64,000 bases of DNA from Nitrospirales bacterium (GTDB taxonomy: Bacteria > Nitrospirota > Nitrospiria > Nitrospirales > UBA8639), in contig CBDBCZ010000019.1 of the NCBI GenBank assembly GCA_965203295.1, forward strand, positions 2,528,001-2,592,000, given 5' to 3'. This document shows positions 33,843 through 42,581 of this stretch, piece by piece (the first letter of the stretch is position 1; every line of letters starts with the position of its first letter). The notes under the pieces are model-generated. The model saw nothing but the letters and a program-made list of their open reading frames with translations, searched no databases and had not been told where the DNA came from. Both the position numbers and the translations under genes were made by a program.

Positions 33843-35342
33843 TTACGCGTTTGGGACCCTCAAGGCCTGGAAAAGAGCCTGGGCCTTGTCAAGCGTTTCT
33901 TTATATTCCTTGGTGGGATCTGAATCTGCGACAATCCCCGCGCCGACTTGTAGATAACCCCTTTCCTTAGTGAGTAGGATGGTACGAATCACGATATTGA
34001 AATCCAAGTTGCCTGTCCAACTCCAATACCCAATCGACCCTGTATAGGGACCACGACGCACTGGCTCCAATTCTTCAATAACCTCCATACATCGGATTTT
34101 GGGAACACCGGTGATCGTTCCCCCTGGGAAGGTGGCTCGAATGAGATGAGCTCCGTTCGACAGAGGGTGAAGATTACCAGACACACTCGAGACAAGATGT
34201 GAAACATGAGAGTACCGTTCCACGATCATGAACTCATCCACCCGAACGGTCCCATAGCGACAGACGCGGCCAAGGTCATTACGAGCCAAGTCCAGGAGCA
34301 TCAAATGTTCCGCCCGTTCTTTGTTGTTCGTCAACAAATTTTCAACCAGTCGTCGATCCTCAGCAAGGGTTTGCCCACGTGGTCTCGTACCAGCGATAGG
34401 ACGAGTATTAGCCTGGGTGCCTTGCAATTGTACTAATCGCTCAGGAGAGCACGAGACAAGTGCAAAATCATGAAACTGAAGAAGAGCAGAGAAAGGAGCC
34501 GGATTCACATGCCGAAGCCGTTGATACAGAGTAGGGCTGTAGTGAAGTCCCCCTTCACATCCTTGCAAAACCCAATCCAGGTCGAAACGATGGGAGAGAT
34601 TGGCCTGGTAAATGTCTCCAGCCGCAATATAGTCCTGACAGACGCGTACTCGATCGATATAGTCGGATCGCGATTGATTGGCTCGAATTCCATCAAGGAC
34701 ATTGGGAAAGACGGCCATACCTTCTCTGATGTTGGGATCGAATAGTCTCGTTTTTAAGGACTCCAATCGGTCACGACCCTCTTGGAATAATTGGTCGTGA
34801 GATTGACTCTTCAATCGATCGGGAGAAGGCGTGAAGATAAGATGGAGAGTATCAGATTGATGGTCGATTGCGGCAAGAAGTTCAACAAAGATAAATTCCA
34901 AGTCTGGTAACTGAAGGTCGTCTTCCGCACATTCCTGTATCGATTCGAAGCGCCGTGCCAGGTCGTAACTGAAGAATCCAATAGCCCCACCTACAAATGG
35001 TGGTAATGCTGGATCACGCTTCAGATTGGGGAATTGAATCAACGAGAGCAAAGCTGAGAATGGATCTCCAACTGTTTGGGTGGTTCGGTTGGAATATCGC
35101 ATTTCATACTGAGAGCCTCGCCCGGATACCGTCAAATAGGGATCGCTTCCCAAGAATGAATATCGGGCCGTATTGGAGAGCCCTTTTCCGCTTTCAAGGA
35201 GAAAAGAGGGAGTGCCAGGTACGGTGATTCTCCTATAGAACTCAAAGGGGTCTACATCGGGAAGATGAAAAGAAGAAACCATTGGAAACTGATGGGTCTG
35301 ATCGACTATCGACTGTGGAGAAAAAAAGGATAGGGTTGACAT
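33843..35342 (-). CDS. pabB: Aminodeoxychorismate/anthranilate synthase component I
   Basis: GDIYQANLS, SCSPERL, RPIAGTRPRG, KERAEH, FPGGTITGVPK. Confidence 0.8.
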   Translation of the reverse strand: MSTLSFFSPQSIVDQTHQFPMVSSFHLPDVDPFEFYRRITVPGTPSFLLESGKGLSNTARYSFLGSDPYLTVSGRGSQYEMRYSNRTTQTVGDPFSALLSLIQFPNLKRDPALPPFVGGAIGFFSYDLARRFESIQECAEDDLQLPDLEFIFVELLAAIDHQSDTLHLIFTPSPDRLKSQSHDQLFQEGRDRLESLKTRLFDPNIREGMAVFPNVLDGIRANQSRSDYIDRVRVCQDYIAAGDIYQANLSHRFDLDWVLQGCEGGLHYSPTLYQRLRHVNPAPFSALLQFHDFALVSCSPERLVQLQGTQANTRPIAGTRPRGQTLAEDRRLVENLLTNNKERAEHLMLLDLARNDLGRVCRYGTVRVDEFMIVERYSHVSHLVSSVSGNLHPLSNGAHLIRATFPGGTITGVPKIRCMEVIEELEPVRRGPYTGSIGYWSWTGNLDFNIVIRTILLTKERGYLQVGAGIVADSDPTKEYKETLDKAQALFQALRVPNA

Positions 35343-35564
35343 ACGATCAGCTGTTTACGGTGATGGAACTTCAGGGGAAAAAACGTCGGCAAAAATGCCA
35401 TCGTGAGAACATCGGGAGAAAAGCCCCATAGGGAGAATTCTACCGTTTAGACTTCATGAGAAAAAAGGTCGGGTCACAGTGTGACCTGATCATTTGCTTG
35501 ACAAAATAATTGGGTTTCTGTTTGAATGAGACGCTCTTTTTGTGGAATCCCTGCTGAATCTGTT

Positions 35565-35783
35565 ATGCCTCAATCTCATGATCCAATGTTCGCGGGTCTG
35601 GGGCAGGCTATGCGGCTAGGGACTGAACTGCTTGCCGCTTTGGTTGTGGGGGGTGGGCTGGGCTGGGTCATCGATACATACCTGCTCAACACGGGTCCCT
35701 GGGCATTGGTAGTGGGATTAATTTTGGGCTTGACGACTGGAATCCGCAATGCCTATCGAACCGCTCAGCGTTGGGACAATTGA
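35565..35783 (+). CDS. AtpZ/AtpI family protein
   Basis: Two TM helices, GW.ID...T.PW; first gene of the F0 cluster. Confidence 0.85.
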   Translation: MPQSHDPMFAGLGQAMRLGTELLAALVVGGGLGWVIDTYLLNTGPWALVVGLILGLTTGIRNAYRTAQRWDN

Positions 35784-35828
35784 CCCATCAATCACATACA
35801 ACTCTAAGATCTGACTAAAGAGACTTCC

Positions 35829-36554
35829 TTGGAAGATCCCCTTCATCTATTCGAACTTCATACGCTGATCCCACTTTCCTTGTTCGGTCTGGATATTTCC
35901 TTTAATAAGGCGGTGTTCACGATGTTTCTCGTCGTGGGTCTAGCCTGCACCCTTTTAATATACGCTGGGCGTTCAAGGTCTTTGGTTCCGACCAAACTCC
36001 AGAGCCTTGCGGAAATGTTGGTGGATTTTATCAGAGGAATTATTCAGGATACGATGGGGCAAGAAGGGATGCGGTTCTTCCCTTTAATAAGTTCTTTATT
36101 TGTCTTTATCCTCTTTTGTAATCTTTTAGGCCTCATCCCCGGATCCTTCACGGTGACAAGTCAAATTGTGGTGACGGGAGTTTTCGCGGTTGCCGTGTAT
36201 ACCTTGAGTCTTATCGTCGGATTTAAGATCCATGGTCTAAATTTTTTGGGGATTTTGGTCCCACCCGGTACTCCAGGATGGTTGCTTCCCCTCATGATTC
36301 CTATTGAGCTGATCAGTCAACTCGCCCGTCCCCTGTCATTAGCCGTTCGGTTGTTTGCCAATATGACGGCTGGCCATGTCATTCTTGGTGTGTTATTTGG
36401 ACTCAGTATTGCCGGAGGACTTCTTATTGGATGGCTACCGTTTGCATTCACGATTGCTCTTTATGGATTGGAAGTCGGCATCGCCTTTATTCAAGCGTAT
36501 ATTTTTGTGGTATTGACCTGTGTATACATGGGGGATGCCCTGCATCCCCACTAG
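35829..36554 (+). CDS. atpB: F0F1 ATP synthase subunit a
   Basis: RPLSLAVRLFANMTAGH, IQAYIF. Confidence 0.96.
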   Translation: MEDPLHLFELHTLIPLSLFGLDISFNKAVFTMFLVVGLACTLLIYAGRSRSLVPTKLQSLAEMLVDFIRGIIQDTMGQEGMRFFPLISSLFVFILFCNLLGLIPGSFTVTSQIVVTGVFAVAVYTLSLIVGFKIHGLNFLGILVPPGTPGWLLPLMIPIELISQLARPLSLAVRLFANMTAGHVILGVLFGLSIAGGLLIGWLPFAFTIALYGLEVGIAFIQAYIFVVLTCVYMGDALHPH

Positions 36555-36664
36555 GGTAACAATAATCGAAACGGGCTCTTTTCAGTCCTTTCAAGAGAGA
36601 AGTAATGAGGGTAGAAATTTCGGAACGGAAATATTAACGCCCAAGAGTGGAGGAAAAAGACACA

Positions 36665-36895
36665 ATGGATTCTGCAGCATCAGCATTATTAGGAATGGGG
36701 TTAGCAGCCGCAGGTTTTGCCGGGGCCGGGGTCGGAATAGGGTATATTTTTGGAAAAATGATTGAGGCAGTCGCTCGACAACCAGAAGCAGAAGGCCGAA
36801 TCGGAAAGTACATGTGGATTGGATTTGCGTTGGTTGAAGCTATCGCCTTATATGGGCTCGTTATCGCATTTATTATTATGGGTCTGCGAACATAG
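36665..36895 (+). CDS. atpE: F0F1 ATP synthase subunit c
   Basis: GAGVGIG, ARQPE, ALVEA. Confidence 0.96.
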   Translation: MDSAASALLGMGLAAAGFAGAGVGIGYIFGKMIEAVARQPEAEGRIGKYMWIGFALVEAIALYGLVIAFIIMGLRT

Positions 36896-36907
36896 GATCT
36901 CCCTGGT

Positions 36908-37423
36908 ATGCCACAATTTGATACACACTTCTTCGCTTCGCTCATCTTTTGGGAGTTCGTGTCCTTTGGGATTTTGCTGTGGGTTTTGTACAAGTACGCC
37001 TGGCCTCCGATTTTGGAAGCCATGGAAACACGAGAGCGTAGAATTCGCGACAGTATCGAACAAGCAGAGGAAAATCGGGCTGCGGCGGAACAACGCCTCC
37101 AGGAATATGAAACCAGGCTCAAAAGTGCTTCTCAAGAAGCCGATGCCATTTTAACCGAAGCGAGAAATAAGGCCCAACGACTTCTTGATGACAATGAACA
37201 GCGGCTAAGAGCAGAGTCTGAGCGGATTCGTGTTCAGGCGACCCAAGAGATTGAGCGAGAACGGCGAAAGGCCCTACAGGATGTGCGGGAAGAAGCGGCT
37301 GATTTAGCGATTCTTGTTGCCGAAAAGGTTCTCACACGCAGCCTTTCTGATGACGATCACCGACGGCTGGCTCAAGAGGCTCTTCAGTCAGTAGCCGCGA
37401 ATTACTCTGAAAAATCATCATAA
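36908..37423 (+). CDS. atpF: F0F1 ATP synthase subunit b
   Basis: MPQFD, TM helix, long coiled coil. Confidence 0.93.
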   Translation: MPQFDTHFFASLIFWEFVSFGILLWVLYKYAWPPILEAMETRERRIRDSIEQAEENRAAAEQRLQEYETRLKSASQEADAILTEARNKAQRLLDDNEQRLRAESERIRVQATQEIERERRKALQDVREEAADLAILVAEKVLTRSLSDDDHRRLAQEALQSVAANYSEKSS

Positions 37424-37461
37424 TCGTTGACTGGAAAAATGAACAAAGGTGGAAGCTACCC

Positions 37462-38286
37462 TCAATTTCCACCACCCTGTCGGTACCCTTCAAGATCGAG
37501 GGTCACATAACGGAATCCCGCTTCCTTCATACCCTTGATAATCCTCTCTCGAACTTGGGGGTTGAGAAAATTCGACAGGTCTTCTTCCAAAAGTTCAATT
37601 CGCGCAATGCCTTCATGATCTCGCACTCTCACCTGAATCATCCCTTCTCGAAGTAAGATTTCTTCTGCATTTTCAACTCGCAGAAGGTTGTCTTGAGTAA
37701 TTTCGTTTCCTCGAGGGATTCTGGAAGAAAGACAGGCAGCTGCTGGTTTATCCCAATTTGAAAGCCTCAGCTGTTTGGCAAGAGTACGAATTTCAGTCTT
37801 CCCCATCTCGACTTCGACAAGAGGACTTCTGACTCCCAGCTCGCGTGCGGCCGTGATTCCTGGCCGATCATCCCCTAAATCATCCATATTCGTGCCGTCC
37901 ACAATTGTAGAGATACCTATATCCTTTCTCAGACCGCCTAGCAGGCGGTACAAGTCACTCTTGCAGTGATAGCACCTCCCCCTATCATTCTTGACGAATT
38001 CGGGAATGTTCAGTTGATTCGTTTCCGTAATAATGAGACGGGCACCGATTTCCCGAATGACTCGACGAACCCCTTTAAGCTCAATCTCAGGGAAGGTGGG
38101 AGAAACGGCAGTGACCGCCAGAGCTCGTGACCCAAGGGTGTCGTAGGCAATCTTTAAAACGAGTGTGCTATCGATGCCTCCCGATAGGGCCACCAGAACT
38201 GATCCTATCTCTCGAAACAGACTTTGAAGCCTTTGCGATTTGTCACGCAACATATTTTCTTCGTTTAAAAAGGGAGAAGCCATCAA
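37462..38286 (-). CDS. larE: ATP-dependent sacrificial sulfur transferase LarE family
   Basis: SGGIDS, RCYHCK, DD..D.RPG, ACLSSRIP. Confidence 0.9.
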   Translation of the reverse strand: MMASPFLNEENMLRDKSQRLQSLFREIGSVLVALSGGIDSTLVLKIAYDTLGSRALAVTAVSPTFPEIELKGVRRVIREIGARLIITETNQLNIPEFVKNDRGRCYHCKSDLYRLLGGLRKDIGISTIVDGTNMDDLGDDRPGITAARELGVRSPLVEVEMGKTEIRTLAKQLRLSNWDKPAAACLSSRIPRGNEITQDNLLRVENAEEILLREGMIQVRVRDHEGIARIELLEEDLSNFLNPQVRERIIKGMKEAGFRYVTLDLEGYRQGGGN

Positions 38287-38320
38287 TAGGTCTTCTCAGA
38301 TGAGAATGTGGCCAGGAACC

Positions 38321-39379
38321 TCAGGCCCCACCATTTACACATGATTCCCCTAATTGGCCGCACGCACCTAGCACATCCTTCCCCCGACTTTTTCTGACAA
38401 ATACATCAAACCCTGCCTCACGCAACTTTGACTGGAACTGCTCAATAACCGAATCGACTGGCCGCGTAAAAGAACTTCCTGGGAATTCATTAAAAGGGAT
38501 TAAGTTAATCTTACACTGGATGCCATCAAGCAGTTTAGGGAGTCGATTGGCGTCCTGGACTGAATCATTCACACCAGCCAGTAAAACGTATTCGAACGTT
38601 AACCTCCGGCCAGGCTGTAATGGATAACGACGACAAGCTGTGATGAGATCGTGGAGGGGATGGAGAGAATTGATTGTGGGCATCAGCCGATGACGTAGCT
38701 CATTGGTTGTGGCATTGAGCGAAATGGCAAGGTTGACGCCGAGATGACAAACTTCTGGAAATCGTGAAATCAATCCCGCAGTTGAAATCGTGATTCGCCG
38801 CGCGGGAAAGCCCACTCCCCATGTCGTGTCCGTGAGTCTTCGGATAGCATCCGATACCGCCTCAAAATTAGCCAATGGTTCTCCCATTCCCATGAACACC
38901 AAAGAGGTCAAATGCTCATCCTTCTTGAGGCGATCTTGAACGGCAAGGACCTGTCCAACAATTTCTTCGGTTGTGAGATTTCGTCTCAGTCCCATTTGTC
39001 CAGTCAAGCAAAACGTGCAATCCAAGGTACATCCCACTTGCGTTGAAACGCAGAGCGTCAAACGCGTGCTTTCCGGAATAACGACGCTTTCAATGCGATT
39101 GCCCTCGTTAAGGTAGAAGAGAAATTTCTGTGTGTGATCTTCAGCTGTGCAAACGATGGGTTCTTGAAGATAGGGAATGTGGGCGATGGATTGGAGATGG
39201 GTCCGATTGCTCAAAGAAAGGTTCGTCATTTCACCAATATCTCGTACTCGTCTTTGGTACAACCACCTGAGAATTTGCTGGGCCCGGTATTGAGGCCACC
39301 CAAGGGAAGAAACGAGCGAAGCCGCACCATCCCAATCTAGTGCTAACAAGTTGACGGAGTTATGAGTCGTTTTCTTCAT
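38321..39379 (-). CDS. rlmN: 23S rRNA m2A2503 / tRNA methyltransferase
   Basis: CVSTQVGCTLDCTFC, MGMGEPL, ACGQL. Confidence 0.95.
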   Translation of the reverse strand: MKKTTHNSVNLLALDWDGAASLVSSLGWPQYRAQQILRWLYQRRVRDIGEMTNLSLSNRTHLQSIAHIPYLQEPIVCTAEDHTQKFLFYLNEGNRIESVVIPESTRLTLCVSTQVGCTLDCTFCLTGQMGLRRNLTTEEIVGQVLAVQDRLKKDEHLTSLVFMGMGEPLANFEAVSDAIRRLTDTTWGVGFPARRITISTAGLISRFPEVCHLGVNLAISLNATTNELRHRLMPTINSLHPLHDLITACRRYPLQPGRRLTFEYVLLAGVNDSVQDANRLPKLLDGIQCKINLIPFNEFPGSSFTRPVDSVIEQFQSKLREAGFDVFVRKSRGKDVLGACGQLGESCVNGGA

Positions 39380-39504
39380 CGAGAAGGACTGTTGGCAATA
39401 CATCCACTAGCCTTACGAACATTGAAATCTGAACAGAGCAGGTTGATCTTAACGTGACGAGATTTCGTTCGATACATCAAAAGAAAAACTAAAGAATAGA
39501 ATTA

Positions 39505-40217
39505 GGGGCTGTCGTAGATAATTGAATCATCTATGATAGTCCCATGAGTCTGAGACGCTGTAAATTAAGCAAGAAGCAACAGCTCCGCTTGTTGGAATTT
39601 TTTGTGGCTGCCGTAACGGCTCGGAGTGCAGCTGATATTTTGGATCTCCAACCCAACATGGCGGCCTTATTTTATCGGAAGCTCCGGCATCTTATCGCGG
39701 ACCATCTCGAAGAGATTTTTCCTGAAAAAGGAGAGTTTGAAGCTGATGAAAGCTACTTTGGCGGTGTCCGCAAAGGGAAGCGAGGCCGTGGGGCAGCAGG
39801 CAAGGTCCCCGTGTTTGGTCTCCTCAAACGTGGAGGAAAAGTATATACGAAAGAGATCCCCAATGCCCAAGCGAGAACCCTGCTGCCGGACCTCAAGTCG
39901 GTTATCAAACCCGATTCCATCGTGTATACGGATAACTTCCCTAGCTATAATGCGCTCGATGTCTCCGATTTCAAACATTTTCGGATCAATCATGTCCAGA
40001 GCTTCGCGAATAAGCAGAACCACATCAACGGCATTGAAAATTTCTGGAACCAAGCCAAACGGGTTTTACGCAAATACCAAATACAATGGCATCCCTCGAA
40101 AAAACTCCCATCTCTTTTTGAAAGAATGTGAGTTCCGGTTTAGCTATGGGTCTCCCAAACAACAACTGCAGACCTTGAGAAAATGGTGCACCCTTTAGGC
40201 TTATCTACGACAGCCCC
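39505..40217 (+). mobile_element. IS1595-family (IS1016-type) insertion sequence, 713 bp
   Basis: Perfect 17-bp TIRs GGGGCTGTCGTAGATAA / TTATCTACGACAGCCCC; 8-bp TSD TAGAATTA at 39497-39504 and 40218-40225. Confidence 0.95.
39544..40198 (+). pseudogene. IS1595-family DDE transposase, frameshifted
   Basis: EADESYFGG, KRGRGAAGK, VYTD, HINGIENFW; CAAATAC x2 at 40071-40084 moves the tail (NGIPRK...LKECEFRF) out of frame. Confidence 0.9.
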
Positions 40218-40633
40218 TAGAATTATTTGGATTCTCGATCGTGTGACAATTTTCAACGTAACATAGTGGAAAAAAGTCTCACAAGTGAAAAGGCTTGGAG
40301 AGACCAGAATTCTTGCCTCCTCGCGTTTCCAGACAGGGGTGGGGAATCAAAAACAGTAGAGTTGGAGTCGTTGTTGGAAGACGTGATTCATTAACTAAAC
40401 ATAAGAAATTATGCTTAATTAAATTTATTAATCAAAATATTGATTATAAAAAATTATATCAACAATATATAGGCTTTAACAAAATATTTTAGAGTAAGCA
40501 CATATGCTTTTAAATATAAAAAATCGCTTTTCGAAAATTCAATAAAACTGATTGAAACACGTAAATTAGAAGAACAGACTAGAGACTTGCTCATATTAAA
40601 TCTTGAAATTAATCAAAGACAATAAAAATATCA

Positions 40634-40662
40634 TTGACATAACCTTGATTGCATGATAAAAT
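40634..40662 (+). promoter_or_regulatory. Near-consensus sigma70 promoter of the winged-helix gene
   Basis: TTGACA-17 bp-TAAAAT with extended -10 TG; inverted repeat GCAAG-N13-CTTGC at 40668-40690. Confidence 0.7.
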
Positions 40663-40701
40663 TTAAAGCAAGCATATATTTTAATCTTGCTGTAGGAAAT
40701 C

Positions 40702-41232
40702 ATGGAAGATCAAAAAGACGAATTAAAGGATATTATTGTTGGCCTTGAGCAACGGATTAGTATGTATGAAAGCAAACTTAAGGATCTAAAAAAGAAACGG
40801 GAACGGTTAAATGAAGAAGTCGCTACCATTGAAAAATACCTCGAACTGGCCAAAACCCTCTATCGAGTAGAAGCAGACAAGGTCAAACTTGCCAATCTCT
40901 CAAGCCAAATTATCACAGATGAAAAGGGTCGTCCCCCCAGTGAAATGATTGACGTCACCGATAAATCTAGGGAAATTCTTTTAGGTAAAAGTAAGTATTC
41001 AAGGATGAGCATGCCAGATGCTGCCTACATGCTTCTTCGGGAAGCTGGTCGGCCGATGCATGCCAAGGAACTCTGTCAACGGTTGATTGAGGGAGGAATG
41101 CAAATACGCGGCAAGACCCCCCTCACCTCGGTCGCCACTTCACTGAAGCGGGATCCACGATTCAAGAAGGTCGCACCCAATACTTTTGAGGGGGTTGATC
41201 AAAATGACCAACCATTCACACATGCGGTGTGA
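40702..41232 (+). CDS. Coiled-coil + winged-helix (HARE-HTH-like) DNA-binding protein
   Basis: Heptad-rich N-terminus; C-terminal DAAYMLLREAGRPMHAKEL...GKTP..SVATSL..D.RF.KV.PNTF. Confidence 0.8.
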   Translation: MEDQKDELKDIIVGLEQRISMYESKLKDLKKKRERLNEEVATIEKYLELAKTLYRVEADKVKLANLSSQIITDEKGRPPSEMIDVTDKSREILLGKSKYSRMSMPDAAYMLLREAGRPMHAKELCQRLIEGGMQIRGKTPLTSVATSLKRDPRFKKVAPNTFEGVDQNDQPFTHAV

Positions 41233-41287
41233 ATAGAGAGCCAAGACCATCGTTAATGTGGTCGGAATTTGAAAGGAGGTGAATTCA

Positions 41288-41320
41288 TTGGCTACAGCCA
41301 GAAGGAGGCCGACCCCCTAG
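41288..41320 (+). CDS. Putative 10-aa basic micro-peptide MATARRRPTP
   Basis: AAGGAGGTGA SD, TTG start; shares its 5' layout with the ORF at 41511. Confidence 0.35.
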   Translation: MATARRRPTP

Positions 41321-41395
41321 AAAGCGAATGGTAAAAACTTGGAGCAAAGGAAAGACAATTGCTCAGAGGAGACAAAGCTCTCATTCCATGGAGCA

Positions 41396-41436
41396 ACGAC
41401 AGGGGCAGGCTCCCTGTTCCCAGCGTGTTTTTTTTC
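41396..41436 (+). terminator. Intrinsic terminator
   Basis: GGGGCAGG-CTC-CCTGTTCC stem followed by a T-run. Confidence 0.55.
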
Positions 41437-41510
41437 ATGAGGGATCATTGGATTGAGGGTGGATTTGCTTCTGAATATTATAGTTTAACTCGAGGAAGGA
41501 GGTGAGCGAA

Positions 41511-41600
41511 TTGGCGACAAAGAAGAAAGCAGCGAAGAAGAAAGCGCCAGCGAAGAAGAAAGCGCCAGCGAAGAAGAAAGCAGCGAAGAAAAAACGATAA
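41511..41600 (+). CDS. Histone-H1-like Lys/Ala/Pro micro-protein, 29 aa; not in the ORF track
   Basis: MATKKKAAKKKAPAKKKAPAKKKAAKKKR*; AAGGAGGTGA SD; dedicated terminator. Confidence 0.8.
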   Translation: MATKKKAAKKKAPAKKKAPAKKKAAKKKR

Positions 41601-41607
41601 CCTTATT

Positions 41608-41642
41608 GTCGGGAGTGGGATAGCCTGCTCCCGACGTTTTTT
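41608..41642 (+). terminator. Intrinsic terminator
   Basis: GTCGGGAGTGGG-ATAG-CCTGCTCCCGAC stem, then GTTTTTT. Confidence 0.8.
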
Positions 41643-41858
41643 GAGCTTTTCCCAAGATATCCACATCCCCCTACTTCTCTTTTCACAATCCAACTATTTT
41701 AGACAGCATCATCCCAGAGTGATGGCACATTTTTGACTATCGGCTAGACAAGCGAGAGCTTCGTGATGCTCAATGGTCATTGTGGATTGGGGGAGCCTAA
41801 TGGAGACAATCCTATGTCTTTCTTGCTGGAACTGGTACCTATTTGGGATGATGCCTAA

Positions 41859-42581
41859 ATGGAATGTCGGCCTGGAATCCTCATGAATCTCGGAGTCGTG
41901 GATTTCGAAAAAACATGGCTTGTCCAAAAACATCTGCAATCTGAACGTTTACAAGGCAAGCGTCATGATACCCTTATGGTTGTTGAGCATCATCCAGTGT
42001 TCACACTCGGTCGCACAACGAAGTCTGAGCATTTGTACGGAAACAAGGATGCTCTTCAAAATCAAGGGCATCCTGTGTTGGCTATTGAACGTGGTGGCTC
42101 GGTGACCTTTCACGGTCCTGGTCAGATCGTGGCTTATCCGATTTTTCAGCTCCGCAATTTTTGTTCAGGGCCGAAAGCGTATATTCAGATGGTCGTGGAA
42201 GTTATGAATCGTGTGTTGAGTCAATGGGATATTCGAGGAAGGCCGTTAGAACGATTTCCAGGGGTCTGGGTTGAGGGTTCCAATGGGAACCTTCAAAAAA
42301 TTTCGGCTGTCGGTGTACGAATTACCAGAGGTGTCACAATGCATGGCTGTGCGTTGAATGTCACCGTTGAACTTGAGCCATTTACGAAAATCATTCCCTG
42401 TGGAATTGTGGGGTGTGAGGTCACGTCAATGGCAAAGGTACTTGGGAGAGAGGTTGATATTTCAATCGTACGGAAACAAATGGCCAAGCAGTTTGCCGAC
42501 GTCTTCAACCTTGAATGGGTGGATCGACAAACAGAATTATCTGCTATTTCGCAGAAGCATGGACTGAATCAATCTCTTTAA
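41859..42581 (+). CDS. lipB: Octanoyltransferase
   Basis: EHHPVFTLGR, RGGSVTFHGPGQ, HGCALNV, IIPCG. Confidence 0.95.
   Translation: MECRPGILMNLGVVDFEKTWLVQKHLQSERLQGKRHDTLMVVEHHPVFTLGRTTKSEHLYGNKDALQNQGHPVLAIERGGSVTFHGPGQIVAYPIFQLRNFCSGPKAYIQMVVEVMNRVLSQWDIRGRPLERFPGVWVEGSNGNLQKISAVGVRITRGVTMHGCALNVTVELEPFTKIIPCGIVGCEVTSMAKVLGREVDISIVRKQMAKQFADVFNLEWVDRQTELSAISQKHGLNQSL

Noticed and set aside
35301..35314. ATCGACT x2 near the pabB start
   Set aside because: The ORF stays open from an upstream ATG, so this is probably chance
37462..38286. Complete nickel-pincer (lar) pathway
   Set aside because: Only larE is present in this window; stand-alone LarE homologues are common
1..40217. Programmed +1 frameshifting or recoding explaining all net +1 lesions
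   Set aside because: No shared slippery motif; lesions include 7- and 22-bp duplications and a nonsense codon; confined to dispensable genes
41520..41595. Short direct repeats as a CRISPR array
   Set aside because: No unique spacers; the repeats encode the Lys/Ala peptide
41478..41693. 71-aa minus-strand ORF with FLLRWR repeats
   Set aside because: Antisense shadow of the SD- and terminator-supported plus-strand peptide
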